Origin: Rhodobacter capsulatus SB 1003 | GTDB lineage: Bacteria > Pseudomonadota > Alphaproteobacteria > Rhodobacterales > Rhodobacteraceae | Length of the DNA stretch: 32,000 bases | Direction of reading: 5' to 3' | NCBI RefSeq assembly: GCF_000021865.1 | Contig: NC_014034.1 | Location: 1,680,001-1,712,000 of the forward strand | Shown here: piece after piece, positions 12,274 through 19,969 of the stretch | How the letters are laid out: every line of letters begins with the position of its first letter | How positions within the stretch are numbered: position 1 is the stretch's first letter | Notes under the pieces: generated by a model | What the model saw: the letters and a program-made list of their open reading frames with translations, nothing else | Told to the model about the DNA's origin: nothing | Database searches by the model: none | Made by a program: the position numbers and the translations under genes

Positions 12274-12930
12274 TCACAAAGCCTCGGTCGCGGCGAGCCG
12301 GGCCAGCGCGGGCGCATCGCGCAGCTCGACCGCGCCGCGTTCGGTGCGCACCCAGCCGCGCCGCGCAAAGGCGTCAAGGCGACGCGACACCACCTCGCGC
12401 GCGGAGCCGATCTGCACCGCGATTTCCGCATGGGTGGCCTGCACCCGCCCGGCCTCGGCCCGCGCCACCAGCCAGCCCGCCAGACGGCTTTCGACCGACT
12501 GGAACGAGACCCGCTCCATCAGCCGGATCACCTCCTCCATCCGCACCGCCATGGCGGCAAAGACAAGGCTGCGGAAGCCCGGGGAATTTTCCATCAGTTT
12601 CAGGAAGATGGGGCGGGGCACAAGGACAAGGCGGCAAGGCGCGGTGGTGATCGCCTCACCGCTGTAGGTGGCCTCGCCCAAAAGGCCGAGTGTCGTCTGC
12701 ACGCAGGTCTGCCCCGGTTCGACCGCATAAAGCAAGAGTTCGCGGCCGTTCGCCCCGGTCAGGAAGACCTCTATCCGGCCGTCGAGCATCAAGACGAAGC
12801 CCTGCACCGCATCGCCGGGGCGAAACAGCACGGTGCCCTTTGGCACCTCGCCCGGCACAAGCGGCGCCAGCGCGGCGCGGGCCGGGGCGTCAAGGCAGGC
12901 AAGCGAGGGGGAGGTGTCGATCCAGTCCAT
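12274..12930 (-). CDS. Crp/Fnr family transcriptional regulator
   Basis: 218 aa. It has an N-terminal cNMP-binding-like beta-roll (G..LFRPGD...V.G.V) and a C-terminal HTH (THAEIAVQIGSAREVVSRRLDAFARRGWV). There is no N-terminal Cys cluster, so it is not an Fnr-type Fe-S sensor. Confidence 0.85.
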   Translation of the reverse strand: MDWIDTSPSLACLDAPARAALAPLVPGEVPKGTVLFRPGDAVQGFVLMLDGRIEVFLTGANGRELLLYAVEPGQTCVQTTLGLLGEATYSGEAITTAPCRLVLVPRPIFLKLMENSPGFRSLVFAAMAVRMEEVIRLMERVSFQSVESRLAGWLVARAEAGRVQATHAEIAVQIGSAREVVSRRLDAFARRGWVRTERGAVELRDAPALARLAATEAL

Positions 12931-12983
12931 GCGTCTTATCTAATCACCCCCCCGCCCGGTGCAAGCGCAACCGGGTGAGGCGC

Positions 12984-13856
12984 TCAGCCGCGGCCGCGCT
13001 TTTCGAACCGCGGCAGCATGGCGGAAAAGTCCATTCCCTTGCCGTCCTCCTCCTCGACGAAGCGGGCGTAAAGGGCGGCGGCCAGTTCGCCCATCGGCGT
13101 GTCGGCATCGGCGCCCGTCGCCGCCTGTTGCGAAAGCCGCAGGTCCTTCAGCATCAGTTCGGCCGCAAAGCCGGGCTTGTAGCCATTGTCCGCCGGGCTT
13201 TTCGGCCCGATCCCCGGGGCCGGGCAATAGGCGTTCATCACCCAGCTGTAGCCGGACGAGGTCGAGACGACATCGAACATCTTGCCCCGGTCCAGCCCCA
13301 GCTTGTCGGCCAGTGCAAAGGCCTCGCAGGTGGCGATCATCGTGACGCCCAGGATCATGTTGTTGCAGATCTTCGCCGCCTGACCCGCGCCGGAGGCACC
13401 GCAATGCACGGCCTTTTGCCCCATCACGTCAAAAAGCGGTTTCACCGTGGCAAAGGCGGCGTCAGAGCCGCCGACCATGAAGGTCAGCGTGCCCGCGCTC
13501 GCCCCGCCGACCCCGCCCGAGACCGGCGCGTCAAGCGCCCCCATGCCCGCCGTCGCCGCCTCGGCCGCCACGGCGCGGGCGCTTTCGACATCGACGGTCG
13601 AGCAATCGCAAAGCACCGCACCGGGGGTCATCGCCGCCAAAGCCTCGTCGGCCACCGCGCGCAGGATCGCGCCATTGGGCAGCATGGTGATCACCACCTC
13701 GGCGCCCTGCACCGCCGCGGCGATGCTTTTCGCCGCTGCGACGCCTTCGGGCACGGGCGCGGCCAGATCGAAGCCCGTCACCGCATGGCCCGCCTTTGCC
13801 AGGTTCGCCGCCATCGGCGCGCCCATGTTCCCAAGTCCGATGAACCCGATTTTCAT
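12984..13856 (-). CDS. mmsB: 3-hydroxyisobutyrate dehydrogenase
   Basis: The ATG at 13856 (MKIGFIGLGNMG) is preceded by GGGAGA. The track's upstream start is a TTG. The product has an NAD-binding Rossmann N terminus and lies in the valine-catabolism gene context. Confidence 0.85.
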   Translation of the reverse strand: MKIGFIGLGNMGAPMAANLAKAGHAVTGFDLAAPVPEGVAAAKSIAAAVQGAEVVITMLPNGAILRAVADEALAAMTPGAVLCDCSTVDVESARAVAAEAATAGMGALDAPVSGGVGGASAGTLTFMVGGSDAAFATVKPLFDVMGQKAVHCGASGAGQAAKICNNMILGVTMIATCEAFALADKLGLDRGKMFDVVSTSSGYSWVMNAYCPAPGIGPKSPADNGYKPGFAAELMLKDLRLSQQAATGADADTPMGELAAALYARFVEEEDGKGMDFSAMLPRFEKRGRG

Positions 13857-13886
13857 TTTGTCTCCCAAGGATTTGTGACGCGATCT

Positions 13887-14927
13887 TCAGGCGTCGAAAG
13901 GAATTTCCCAGCCCGCGGGCAGGGGGGCAAGCAGCTCGGCCAGAAGCGGCTCGGGCAGGGTGTCGAGGCTGTGGCGCCAGTTCGGCTTGCGGTCCTTGTC
14001 GATGATCTGCGCCCGCACGCCTTCCAGAAATTCCGCCTTTTCGACCGCGCGCAGGGTAAAGCGGAACTCGTTCGAGAGCGCCTCGCGGATCGTCGGCGTC
14101 GCCCGCGTCATGCGGATCAGCCGCAGCGTCGCCTCGGCCGAGAGCGCCGAGACCCGGCGCAGCGTCGCGGCCGTGTCCTGCGCGAAATCGCACGGCATCC
14201 GGTCAAGGGTTCCGACGATTTCGCGCAGGCTTCCCCCGCCGAAAGCCGCTTCGATCTCGGGGCGGAGATCGGCCAGACGACCCTTTTGCGCGGGGGAATG
14301 CTGTTTCGGCAGGCAGCCGGGATCGCCGGTCTCGGCGATCTTCGCGATCAGGCCGGGCCAGTCCGCCTCGGGGATGTAAAGATCGGCAAAGCCCGCATAG
14401 ATTGCATCCGCCGCGCCGATCCGCCCGCCGGTCAGGCCCAGATATTCGCCCACCCGCCCGGGGGCGAGGGCCAATATCAGCGTGCCGCCCACATCCGGGA
14501 TCAGGCCTATGCCGGTTTCGGGCATGGCGATTTGCGTCGTGTCGCCGACGATGCGGTGCCGCGCGTGCCCGCCGATGCCGACGCCGCCGCCCATCACGAA
14601 GCCCTGCATGAAGGCGAGGATCGGCTTTTCATATTCCTTGATCCGCGCATTGAGCCGGTATTCGGCCCGCCAGAACCGCGGCCCGATCTCGAAATCGCCT
14701 TCTTTGCCAAGGTGATAGATCGTGGCAATGTCGCCGCCCGCGCAAAAGGCGCGCTCCCCCACGGCGTCGATGATCACGACCTCAACCGCGGGATCATGGC
14801 GCCAGCCCTCCAGCGCGGCTTCGATCGCCCCGGCCATGTCGTGATCGAGCGCATTCAGCGCCGCGGGGCGGTTGAAGGTGATGCGGCCCGCGCGGCCCTC
14901 TTTGCGGGCCAAAATCCAGTCACTCAT
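13887..14927 (-). CDS. Enoyl-CoA hydratase/isomerase family protein, 3-hydroxyisobutyryl-CoA hydrolase type
   Basis: 346 aa. It has crotonase-fold blocks (ITFNRPAALNAL, FCAGGDI) and a length typical of HIBCH. Its start overlaps the acyl-CoA dehydrogenase stop (ATGA). Confidence 0.8.
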   Translation of the reverse strand: MSDWILARKEGRAGRITFNRPAALNALDHDMAGAIEAALEGWRHDPAVEVVIIDAVGERAFCAGGDIATIYHLGKEGDFEIGPRFWRAEYRLNARIKEYEKPILAFMQGFVMGGGVGIGGHARHRIVGDTTQIAMPETGIGLIPDVGGTLILALAPGRVGEYLGLTGGRIGAADAIYAGFADLYIPEADWPGLIAKIAETGDPGCLPKQHSPAQKGRLADLRPEIEAAFGGGSLREIVGTLDRMPCDFAQDTAATLRRVSALSAEATLRLIRMTRATPTIREALSNEFRFTLRAVEKAEFLEGVRAQIIDKDRKPNWRHSLDTLPEPLLAELLAPLPAGWEIPFDA

Positions 14928-16072
14928 CGGTCGCGCTCCGCCATCAGGTTGCGGGTGATGATCAACCGCATGATTTCATTCGTGCCTTCCAGGATCTGAT
15001 GCACGCGCAGATCGCGCACCAGTTTCTCGATGCCGTAATCGGCCAGATAGCCGTAGCCGCCATGCAGCTGCAGGCATTGGTTGGCCACATCAAAGGCCGC
15101 ATCGGTGACGTAAAGCTTTGCCATGGCACAGAATTTCGTCGCATCCGGGGCGGCGTGATCCAGCTTCCAGGCCGCCTGCCGCAGGAAGATCCGCGCCGAT
15201 TGCAGCTTGACCTCCTGCTCGGCCAGCCGGAACTGCAGCGCCTGGAACTGGTCGAGCGACTGGCCAAAGGCCTTGCGCTCGCCCATGTACCGCAGCGTCG
15301 CGTCAAACGCCGCCTGCGCGCCGCCAAGGGCCGAGGCTGCAATGTTCAGCCGCCCGCCATCGAGCCCCGCCATCGCATAGGCAAAACCCTTGCCCGCGAC
15401 CCCCACAAGGTTCTCGGCCGCAACCATGCAATCGTCGAAATTCACCTGCGCGGTCGGCTGCGCGCGCCAGCCCATCTTGTCTTCCAGCCCGCCGAAAGAC
15501 AGCCCCTTTGTCCCCGCCTCGACCACCAGCGTCGAGATGCCCTTCGGCCCCTCGCCGCCGGTGCGCACCATGGTCACATAGGCGTCGGAATAGCCGCCGC
15601 CCGAGATGAAGGCCTTGGTGCCATTGAGCTTGTAGCCCCCCGGCACGGCTTCGGCGCGGGTGCGCAAGGCGGCGGCATCCGAGCCCGAGCCGGGTTCGGT
15701 CAGGCAATAGGAAAAGATCGTCTCCATCGTGCACAGCTTGGGCAGGAACCGGGCCTTCGTCTCCGGGCTGCCGAATTTGTCGATCATGCCGCCGCACATG
15801 TTGTGGATCGACAGGAACGAGCCCACCGCCGGGCAGGCCATCGCCAGCGCCTCGAAGACGAGCGTCGCGTCAAGACGGCTCAGCCCCGAGCCGCCGTAGT
15901 CCTCGGACACATAGATGCCCCCCAGCCCCAGCGCCGCCACCTTGGGCCACAGATCGCGCGGGATCGTCCCCGCCGCCTCCCAGTCGCGCGCATGCGGCGC
16001 GATTTCCTCCTGCCCGAAGGCGAAGGCCATGTCGAAGATCGCCTGCTGCTCCTCGCTCAGCGCGAAATCCAT
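14924..16072 (-). CDS. Acyl-CoA dehydrogenase (isobutyryl-CoA dehydrogenase by context)
   Basis: The start is moved to the ATG at 16072 (MDFALSEEQQAIFDM...), preceded by GGAGGAG. ACAD blocks are present, including the C-terminal YEGTNEI-like EGTNEIMRLII. Confidence 0.85.
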   Translation of the reverse strand: MDFALSEEQQAIFDMAFAFGQEEIAPHARDWEAAGTIPRDLWPKVAALGLGGIYVSEDYGGSGLSRLDATLVFEALAMACPAVGSFLSIHNMCGGMIDKFGSPETKARFLPKLCTMETIFSYCLTEPGSGSDAAALRTRAEAVPGGYKLNGTKAFISGGGYSDAYVTMVRTGGEGPKGISTLVVEAGTKGLSFGGLEDKMGWRAQPTAQVNFDDCMVAAENLVGVAGKGFAYAMAGLDGGRLNIAASALGGAQAAFDATLRYMGERKAFGQSLDQFQALQFRLAEQEVKLQSARIFLRQAAWKLDHAAPDATKFCAMAKLYVTDAAFDVANQCLQLHGGYGYLADYGIEKLVRDLRVHQILEGTNEIMRLIITRNLMAERDR

Positions 16073-16119
16073 GCGCTCCTCCCAAAGTGCCTGAATTGAA
16101 CGTCTGTTTAATTTCGAAT

Positions 16120-16140
16120 CCTTGCACGAATTTTGCAAGG
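16120..16140. promoter_or_regulatory. Inverted repeat CCTTGCA-N7-TGCAAGG upstream of the acyl-CoA dehydrogenase gene (candidate operator)
   Basis: A perfect 7-bp dyad lies 48-68 nt upstream of the 16072 start, in a locally AT-rich patch. It shares AATTTTGCAAGG with the mmsA/LysR intergenic motif. Confidence 0.3.
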
Positions 16141-16223
16141 AGGGGAGAAGGGCAGCTTGCCCCTCATGGCCTTTCGGCAATTCCACCCGGGAAGGTTGGG
16201 CCAAAGGGTGAAACCACCCTGGC

Positions 16224-16248
16224 TTTTTCTTGGCGCAAATACGCCTCT
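16224..16248. repeat. Intergenic repeat, family B, single arm
   Basis: TTTTTCTTGGCGCAAATACGCCTCT is nearly identical to the left arm of the element at 28853-28935 (TTTTTCTTGGTGCAAATACGCCTCT). I found no matching right arm nearby. Confidence 0.5.
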
Positions 16249-16262
16249 GGCCCGAAGGGCAA

Positions 16263-16281
16263 GCCGCGCCGAAGGCGCGGC
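16263..16281 (-). terminator. Hairpin downstream of mmsA
   Basis: GCCGCGCC-GAA-GGCGCGGC, a perfect 8-bp stem, starts 16 nt after the mmsA stop. On the minus strand it is followed by TTGCCCTTC, a weak U tract. Confidence 0.5.
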
Positions 16282-16296
16282 CCCCCTGATCGTGCC

Positions 16297-17796
16297 TCAG
16301 TCGAGCGCCTTGAAGTTCAGCGCCACGCCATCCTTGATCCCCGAGAACCAGCGCGCAGTGACGGTTTTCGTCTTGGTGTAGAAGCGGAAGGCGTCGGGCC
16401 CGTATTGGTTCAGATCGCCAAAGGCCGATTTCTTCCAGCCGCCGAAGCTGTAATAGGACAGCGGCACCGGGATCGGGAAGTTGATCCCGACCATGCCGAC
16501 ATTGACCCGGCTGGCGAAATCGCGCGCGGTGTCGCCATCCGCCGTGAAGATCGCCGTGCCGTTGCCGTAGTCGTTGTCCATGACCAGCTTCAGCGCCTCC
16601 TCGTAGCTCTCGGCGCGCACGACGCTCAGCACCGGGCCGAAGATCTCCTGCTTGTAGATCTCCATCTCGGGGGTGACGTGGTCGAACAGCGACGGGCCGG
16701 TGTAGAACCCGTTTTCATAGCCCTGGATCGTCAGGCCCCGCCCGTCGATGAGCAGTTGCGCGCCCTGTTCCACGCCCGAGGCGATCAGCCCCTCGATCCG
16801 GTCACGCGCCTGTGCGGTGATCACCGGCCCGAAATCGACATCGGCGCCGCCCGTATAGGGGCCGACCTTCAGCTTTTCGATCTTCGGGATCAGCCGCGAG
16901 ATCAGCGCCTCGGCCGTGCCCTTGCCCACCGGCACCGCGACCGAGATCGCCATGCAGCGTTCCCCCGCCGCACCGTAGCCCGCGCCCACCAGCGCATCGG
17001 CGGCTTTGTCCATGTCGGCATCGGGCATGATCAGCATGTGGTTCTTGGCGCCGCCAAAGCACTGCGCGCGTTTGCCATTCGCACAGGCGCGGCCATAGAT
17101 ATATTGCGCGATCGGCGTCGAGCCGACAAAGCCCACGGCCTGGATGGTCTCGTTGTCAAGGATCGCATCGACCGCGTCCTTGTCGCCGTTCACCACCTGC
17201 AGCACGCCATCGGGCAGGCCCGCTTCCTTGGCCAGTTCCGCCAGACGCAGCGCGGTCGAGGGGCAGCGCTCGGACGGTTTCAGCACCATCGCATTGCCCG
17301 CCGAGAGCGCCGGACCCATTTTCCACAGCGGGATCATGGCGGGGAAGTTGAAGGGCGTGATCCCCGCGACAACGCCCAGCGGCTGGCGCATCGCATAGAT
17401 GTCGATCCCCGGACCCGCGCCATCGGTATATTCGCCCTTCAGCATCGCGGGTGCGCCCATGCAGACCTCGATCACCTCGAGCCCGCGTTGCACGTCGCCG
17501 CGGCCATCGGCCAGCACCTTGCCATGCTCGACCGAGACGAGTTCGGCCAGCTCGTCCATATGGGTGTTGATCAGATCGGCGAATTTCATCATCACCCGGG
17601 CGCGGCGCTGCGGGTTCGTTGCGGCCCAGCCGGGCTGCGCGCGTTCGGCGGCGGCGACGGCGGCGTCAAGTTCCGCCTTGGTGGCCAGCGCCACTTTCGC
17701 CCGCACCTCGCCCGTGGCCGGGTTCATCACCTCGGCAAAGCGGCCCGAAGTGCCCGCGACCATCTTGCCGTCGATCCAATGTCCGATCTCTTTCAT
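16297..17796 (-). CDS. mmsA: Methylmalonate-semialdehyde dehydrogenase (CoA-acylating)
   Basis: 499 aa aldehyde dehydrogenase with the catalytic Cys block GERCMA. The N terminus MKEIGHWIDGK and the length are typical of MmsA. Confidence 0.9.
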   Translation of the reverse strand: MKEIGHWIDGKMVAGTSGRFAEVMNPATGEVRAKVALATKAELDAAVAAAERAQPGWAATNPQRRARVMMKFADLINTHMDELAELVSVEHGKVLADGRGDVQRGLEVIEVCMGAPAMLKGEYTDGAGPGIDIYAMRQPLGVVAGITPFNFPAMIPLWKMGPALSAGNAMVLKPSERCPSTALRLAELAKEAGLPDGVLQVVNGDKDAVDAILDNETIQAVGFVGSTPIAQYIYGRACANGKRAQCFGGAKNHMLIMPDADMDKAADALVGAGYGAAGERCMAISVAVPVGKGTAEALISRLIPKIEKLKVGPYTGGADVDFGPVITAQARDRIEGLIASGVEQGAQLLIDGRGLTIQGYENGFYTGPSLFDHVTPEMEIYKQEIFGPVLSVVRAESYEEALKLVMDNDYGNGTAIFTADGDTARDFASRVNVGMVGINFPIPVPLSYYSFGGWKKSAFGDLNQYGPDAFRFYTKTKTVTARWFSGIKDGVALNFKALD

Positions 17797-17862
17797 TCTA
17801 TCCTCCCTGACAGGTTTGGCGCAGATTACCCTTGCGAAAATGCCGCCAAAAGAGGAAGTCAG

Positions 17863-17890
17863 GCAAAAGCATTTTGCAATTTTGCAAAGG
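17863..17890. promoter_or_regulatory. Dyad and direct repeats in the mmsA / LysR divergent region (candidate LysR operator)
   Basis: GCAAAA-gca-TTTTGC dyad (17863-17877), then a tandem ATTTTGCA ATTTTGCA AAGG (17871-17890) just upstream of the LysR start at 17897. Confidence 0.3.
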
Positions 17891-17896
17891 TGGCGG

Positions 17897-18826
17897 ATGG
17901 ATTGGGATGATCTGCGGGTGTTTCTGGCCGTCGCGCGGGCGGAAAGCCTGTCCGGTGCCGGGCGGGGGCTGAAATGCGATGCGGCGACGGTGGGGCGGCG
18001 GGTGGCGCGGCTGGAGGAAGCGGTCGGCGCGAAGCTGTTCGCGAAATCGCCGCAGGGCTATGCGCTGACCGCCGAAGGCGCGCGGCTGATGCCGCATGCC
18101 GAGGCCGCCGAGGCCGCCTTTGCCGCCGCGACCGAGGAGCTTTCGGGCGCGGCAGGCCAGATCACCGGGCAATTGCGCATCGGCGCCCCGGATGGTTGCG
18201 CCAATTACCTGCTGCCGCAGGTCTGCGCCGAGATCTGCGACAGCCATCCCGGGCTGGAAATCCAGATCGTCGCGCTGCCGCGGGTCTTCAACCTCTCGAA
18301 ACGCGAGGCGGATATGGCGATTGCCGTCTCGCCGCCCTCGGCCGGGCGGCTGACGGTGCAGAAACTGGTGGAGTATCAATTGCATCTGGCCGGGCACGAG
18401 GCCTATCTGCGCCGCCATCCGCCGATCCTGGAACGCGCGCAGCTCAAGGGGCACCGCATCGTCGGCTATATTCCCGACATGATCTTCGACAAGGAGCTCG
18501 ATTATCTGGCGCAGACCGGGGCTTCGACGGTGGAACTCGCCTCGAATTCGGTCTCCGTGCAGATGCAGATGCTGCGGGCGGGGGCAGGCTTGGGCATCGT
18601 GCATGATTTCGCGCTGCCCTTCACGCCGGGGGTGCTGCGGGTTCTGCCCGGGGATATCGCGCTTTCCCGCGCCTTCTGGCTGATCCGGCATGCCGATGAC
18701 CGCCGCTCGGAACGGCTGGACCGGCTGGCCGAGGCTTTGGGGCGCGGCATGCGGCGCGAGGTGGCGCGGCTCGAGGCGCTGGCTGCGGCGGGGGCGGCGG
18801 TGGGCTCGCCGACGCGCGCGCTGTGA
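17897..18826 (+). CDS. LysR family transcriptional regulator, divergent from mmsA
   Basis: The track ORF (17399..) is trimmed to the ATG at 17897 (MDWDDLRVFLAVARAESLSGAGRGLKCDAATVGRRVARLEE), which is a canonical LTTR HTH. 309 aa. Confidence 0.85.
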   Translation: MDWDDLRVFLAVARAESLSGAGRGLKCDAATVGRRVARLEEAVGAKLFAKSPQGYALTAEGARLMPHAEAAEAAFAAATEELSGAAGQITGQLRIGAPDGCANYLLPQVCAEICDSHPGLEIQIVALPRVFNLSKREADMAIAVSPPSAGRLTVQKLVEYQLHLAGHEAYLRRHPPILERAQLKGHRIVGYIPDMIFDKELDYLAQTGASTVELASNSVSVQMQMLRAGAGLGIVHDFALPFTPGVLRVLPGDIALSRAFWLIRHADDRRSERLDRLAEALGRGMRREVARLEALAAAGAAVGSPTRAL

Positions 18827-18917
18827 CGCTGCGGCGCGGGTGCTTCGGCTTGCAAATTCCGCGCCGATGCTGTTGCGTGCGCTCACCTTTCGGTGAGTGC
18901 GGTCTGAGGAGGACTGG

Positions 18918-19412
18918 ATGCGGATCGGCCTTTACCCCGGAACCTTCGACCCGGTGACCCTTGGGCATATCGACATCATCGAGCGCGCTTTGGCGCTGGT
19001 GGATCGGCTGGTGATCGGGGTGGCGATCAACCGCGACAAGGGGCCGCTGTTCTCGCTCGAGGAGCGGGTGGAGATGCTCAAGGCGGAATGCGCGCCGATC
19101 ACCGCAAGGCGCGGTGGCGAGATCGTCGTGCATCCGTTCGAGAACCTGCTGATCGACTGCGCCCGCGATGTCGGCGCCGGGGTGATCGTGCGCGGGCTGC
19201 GGGCGGTGGCCGATTTCGAATATGAATTCCAGATGGTGGGGATGAACCGGGCGCTGGATGCCAGCGTGGAAACCGTGTTCCTGATGGCCGATGCGCGGCG
19301 GCAGGCGATCGCCTCGAAGCTCGTCAAGGAGATCGCCCGGCTGGGCGGCGACGTGTCGAAATTCGTCACGCCGACGGTGGCCGAACGGCTCGCCGCACGG
19401 CTGAGCCGCTAG
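18918..19412 (+). CDS. coaD: Phosphopantetheine adenylyltransferase
   Basis: The ATG at 18918 is preceded by GAGGAGG. MRIGLYPGTFDPVTLGHIDII contains the nucleotidyltransferase (T/H)xGH motif. 164 aa. Confidence 0.93.
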   Translation: MRIGLYPGTFDPVTLGHIDIIERALALVDRLVIGVAINRDKGPLFSLEERVEMLKAECAPITARRGGEIVVHPFENLLIDCARDVGAGVIVRGLRAVADFEYEFQMVGMNRALDASVETVFLMADARRQAIASKLVKEIARLGGDVSKFVTPTVAERLAARLSR

Positions 19413-19420
19413 GCCGCGCC

Positions 19421-19927
19421 GTGGCGGGGGAGCGCGGATTTCACCAGATCTCCGGCCGCTTCTATCGCATCGTTCCCGCCGCCCGTGTCAAGACGGCGCT
19501 GGACCGCGCGCCAAGCCGCGAGGGGCGGTTTCACCACGACTTTCAGCCGACGCTTTATGTCTCCTCCCGGCCCGACTGGGCGCAGCATGCGGTGCGCGTT
19601 TACATCGGGCCGGATGATCCGCCGCGGGTGATCTGCGAGATGACGATCGGGCCCACGCGGGTGCTGGATCTGCGCGACAGCGCGCAATGCGCCGCCTGGG
19701 GCGTCGATCCGCGGCTGGCGGCGGTGCCCTGGTTGCCCGAACGCGCGCAGGGTCTTGCGGCCTCAAGCTGGCAGGTGGCCGATGCGGCGCGCGCGGGCGG
19801 CGCGGCGGGGATGATCTACACCGCCCGCACCGCGCCCGAGCGCTGGCATCTGGTGCTGTTTCGCTGGAGGGAGCCGCCGATCTCGGCGCAACTGACCGGC
19901 CATCGCCAGCCTGCGGATTTCGGTTGA
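19421..19927 (+). CDS. Hypothetical protein, tentatively RES-domain-like
   Basis: 168 aa with a GTG start 8 nt after the coaD stop and no visible SD. Codon usage looks native. The pattern FYRIV...EGRFHH...TLYVSS...LDLRD...GMIYTARTA...HLVLF resembles the RES domain layout. The positions where I would expect the Glu and Ser do not obviously carry them. Assignment is from memory only. Confidence 0.4.
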   Translation: MAGERGFHQISGRFYRIVPAARVKTALDRAPSREGRFHHDFQPTLYVSSRPDWAQHAVRVYIGPDDPPRVICEMTIGPTRVLDLRDSAQCAAWGVDPRLAAVPWLPERAQGLAASSWQVADAARAGGAAGMIYTARTAPERWHLVLFRWREPPISAQLTGHRQPADFG

Positions 19928-19935
19928 GGGAAGAG

Positions 19936-19962
19936 TTTCGCCTCGGCTGCGCCGAGGCGAAA
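19936..19962. terminator. Bidirectional terminator between the RES-like ORF and purF
   Basis: Perfect 11-bp stem TTTCGCCTCGG / CCGAGGCGAAA with a 5-nt loop. A/T runs flank both sides within the stem ends. Confidence 0.7.
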
Positions 19963-19969
19963 TACCCCC

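Noticed and set aside
12189-12983. Canonical FNR/CRP box (TTGAT-N4-ATCAA) near the Crp/Fnr regulator or the DUF2892 gene.
   Set aside because: Reading both flanking intergenic regions on both strands, I found no match better than isolated TTG half-sites. Only the non-canonical TTGCGCTTGCA motif is present, and it is reported separately at low interest.
12690-14999. 769-aa ORF on the plus strand. The same class includes 25165-27948 (+, 927 aa), 16087-17910 (+, 607 aa), 6236-7999 (-, 587 aa), 4163-5683 (-, 506 aa), 9137-10258 (-), 20051-21475 (+), 28831-30087 (-) and the bulk of 28833-30446 (+).
   Set aside because: All lie antisense or out of frame to confidently identified conserved genes (mmsB/hydrolase, alr/dnaB, mmsA, lpdA, MFS, uvrA, purF, pyrC). 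Their translations are Arg/Pro/Gly/His/Asp-rich low-complexity strings with no recognisable motifs. Long stop-free alternative frames are expected at this GC content.
16105-16125. TTTCGAATCC, resembling a tRNA T-loop (GGTTCGAATCC).
   Set aside because: The flanking bases cannot form a T-stem, and no acceptor, D or anticodon arms can be drawn on either strand. I found no tRNA-like cloverleaf in any intergenic region.
16133-16381. Small plus-strand ORF (82 aa) in the acd-mmsA spacer. Its FLGANTPL segment also appears in the plus-strand ORF at 28067-28987.
   Set aside because: The shared peptide is simply the translation of the family B DNA repeat (TTCTTGGYGCAAATACGCC). The ORF runs into the 3' end of mmsA antisense and has no SD.
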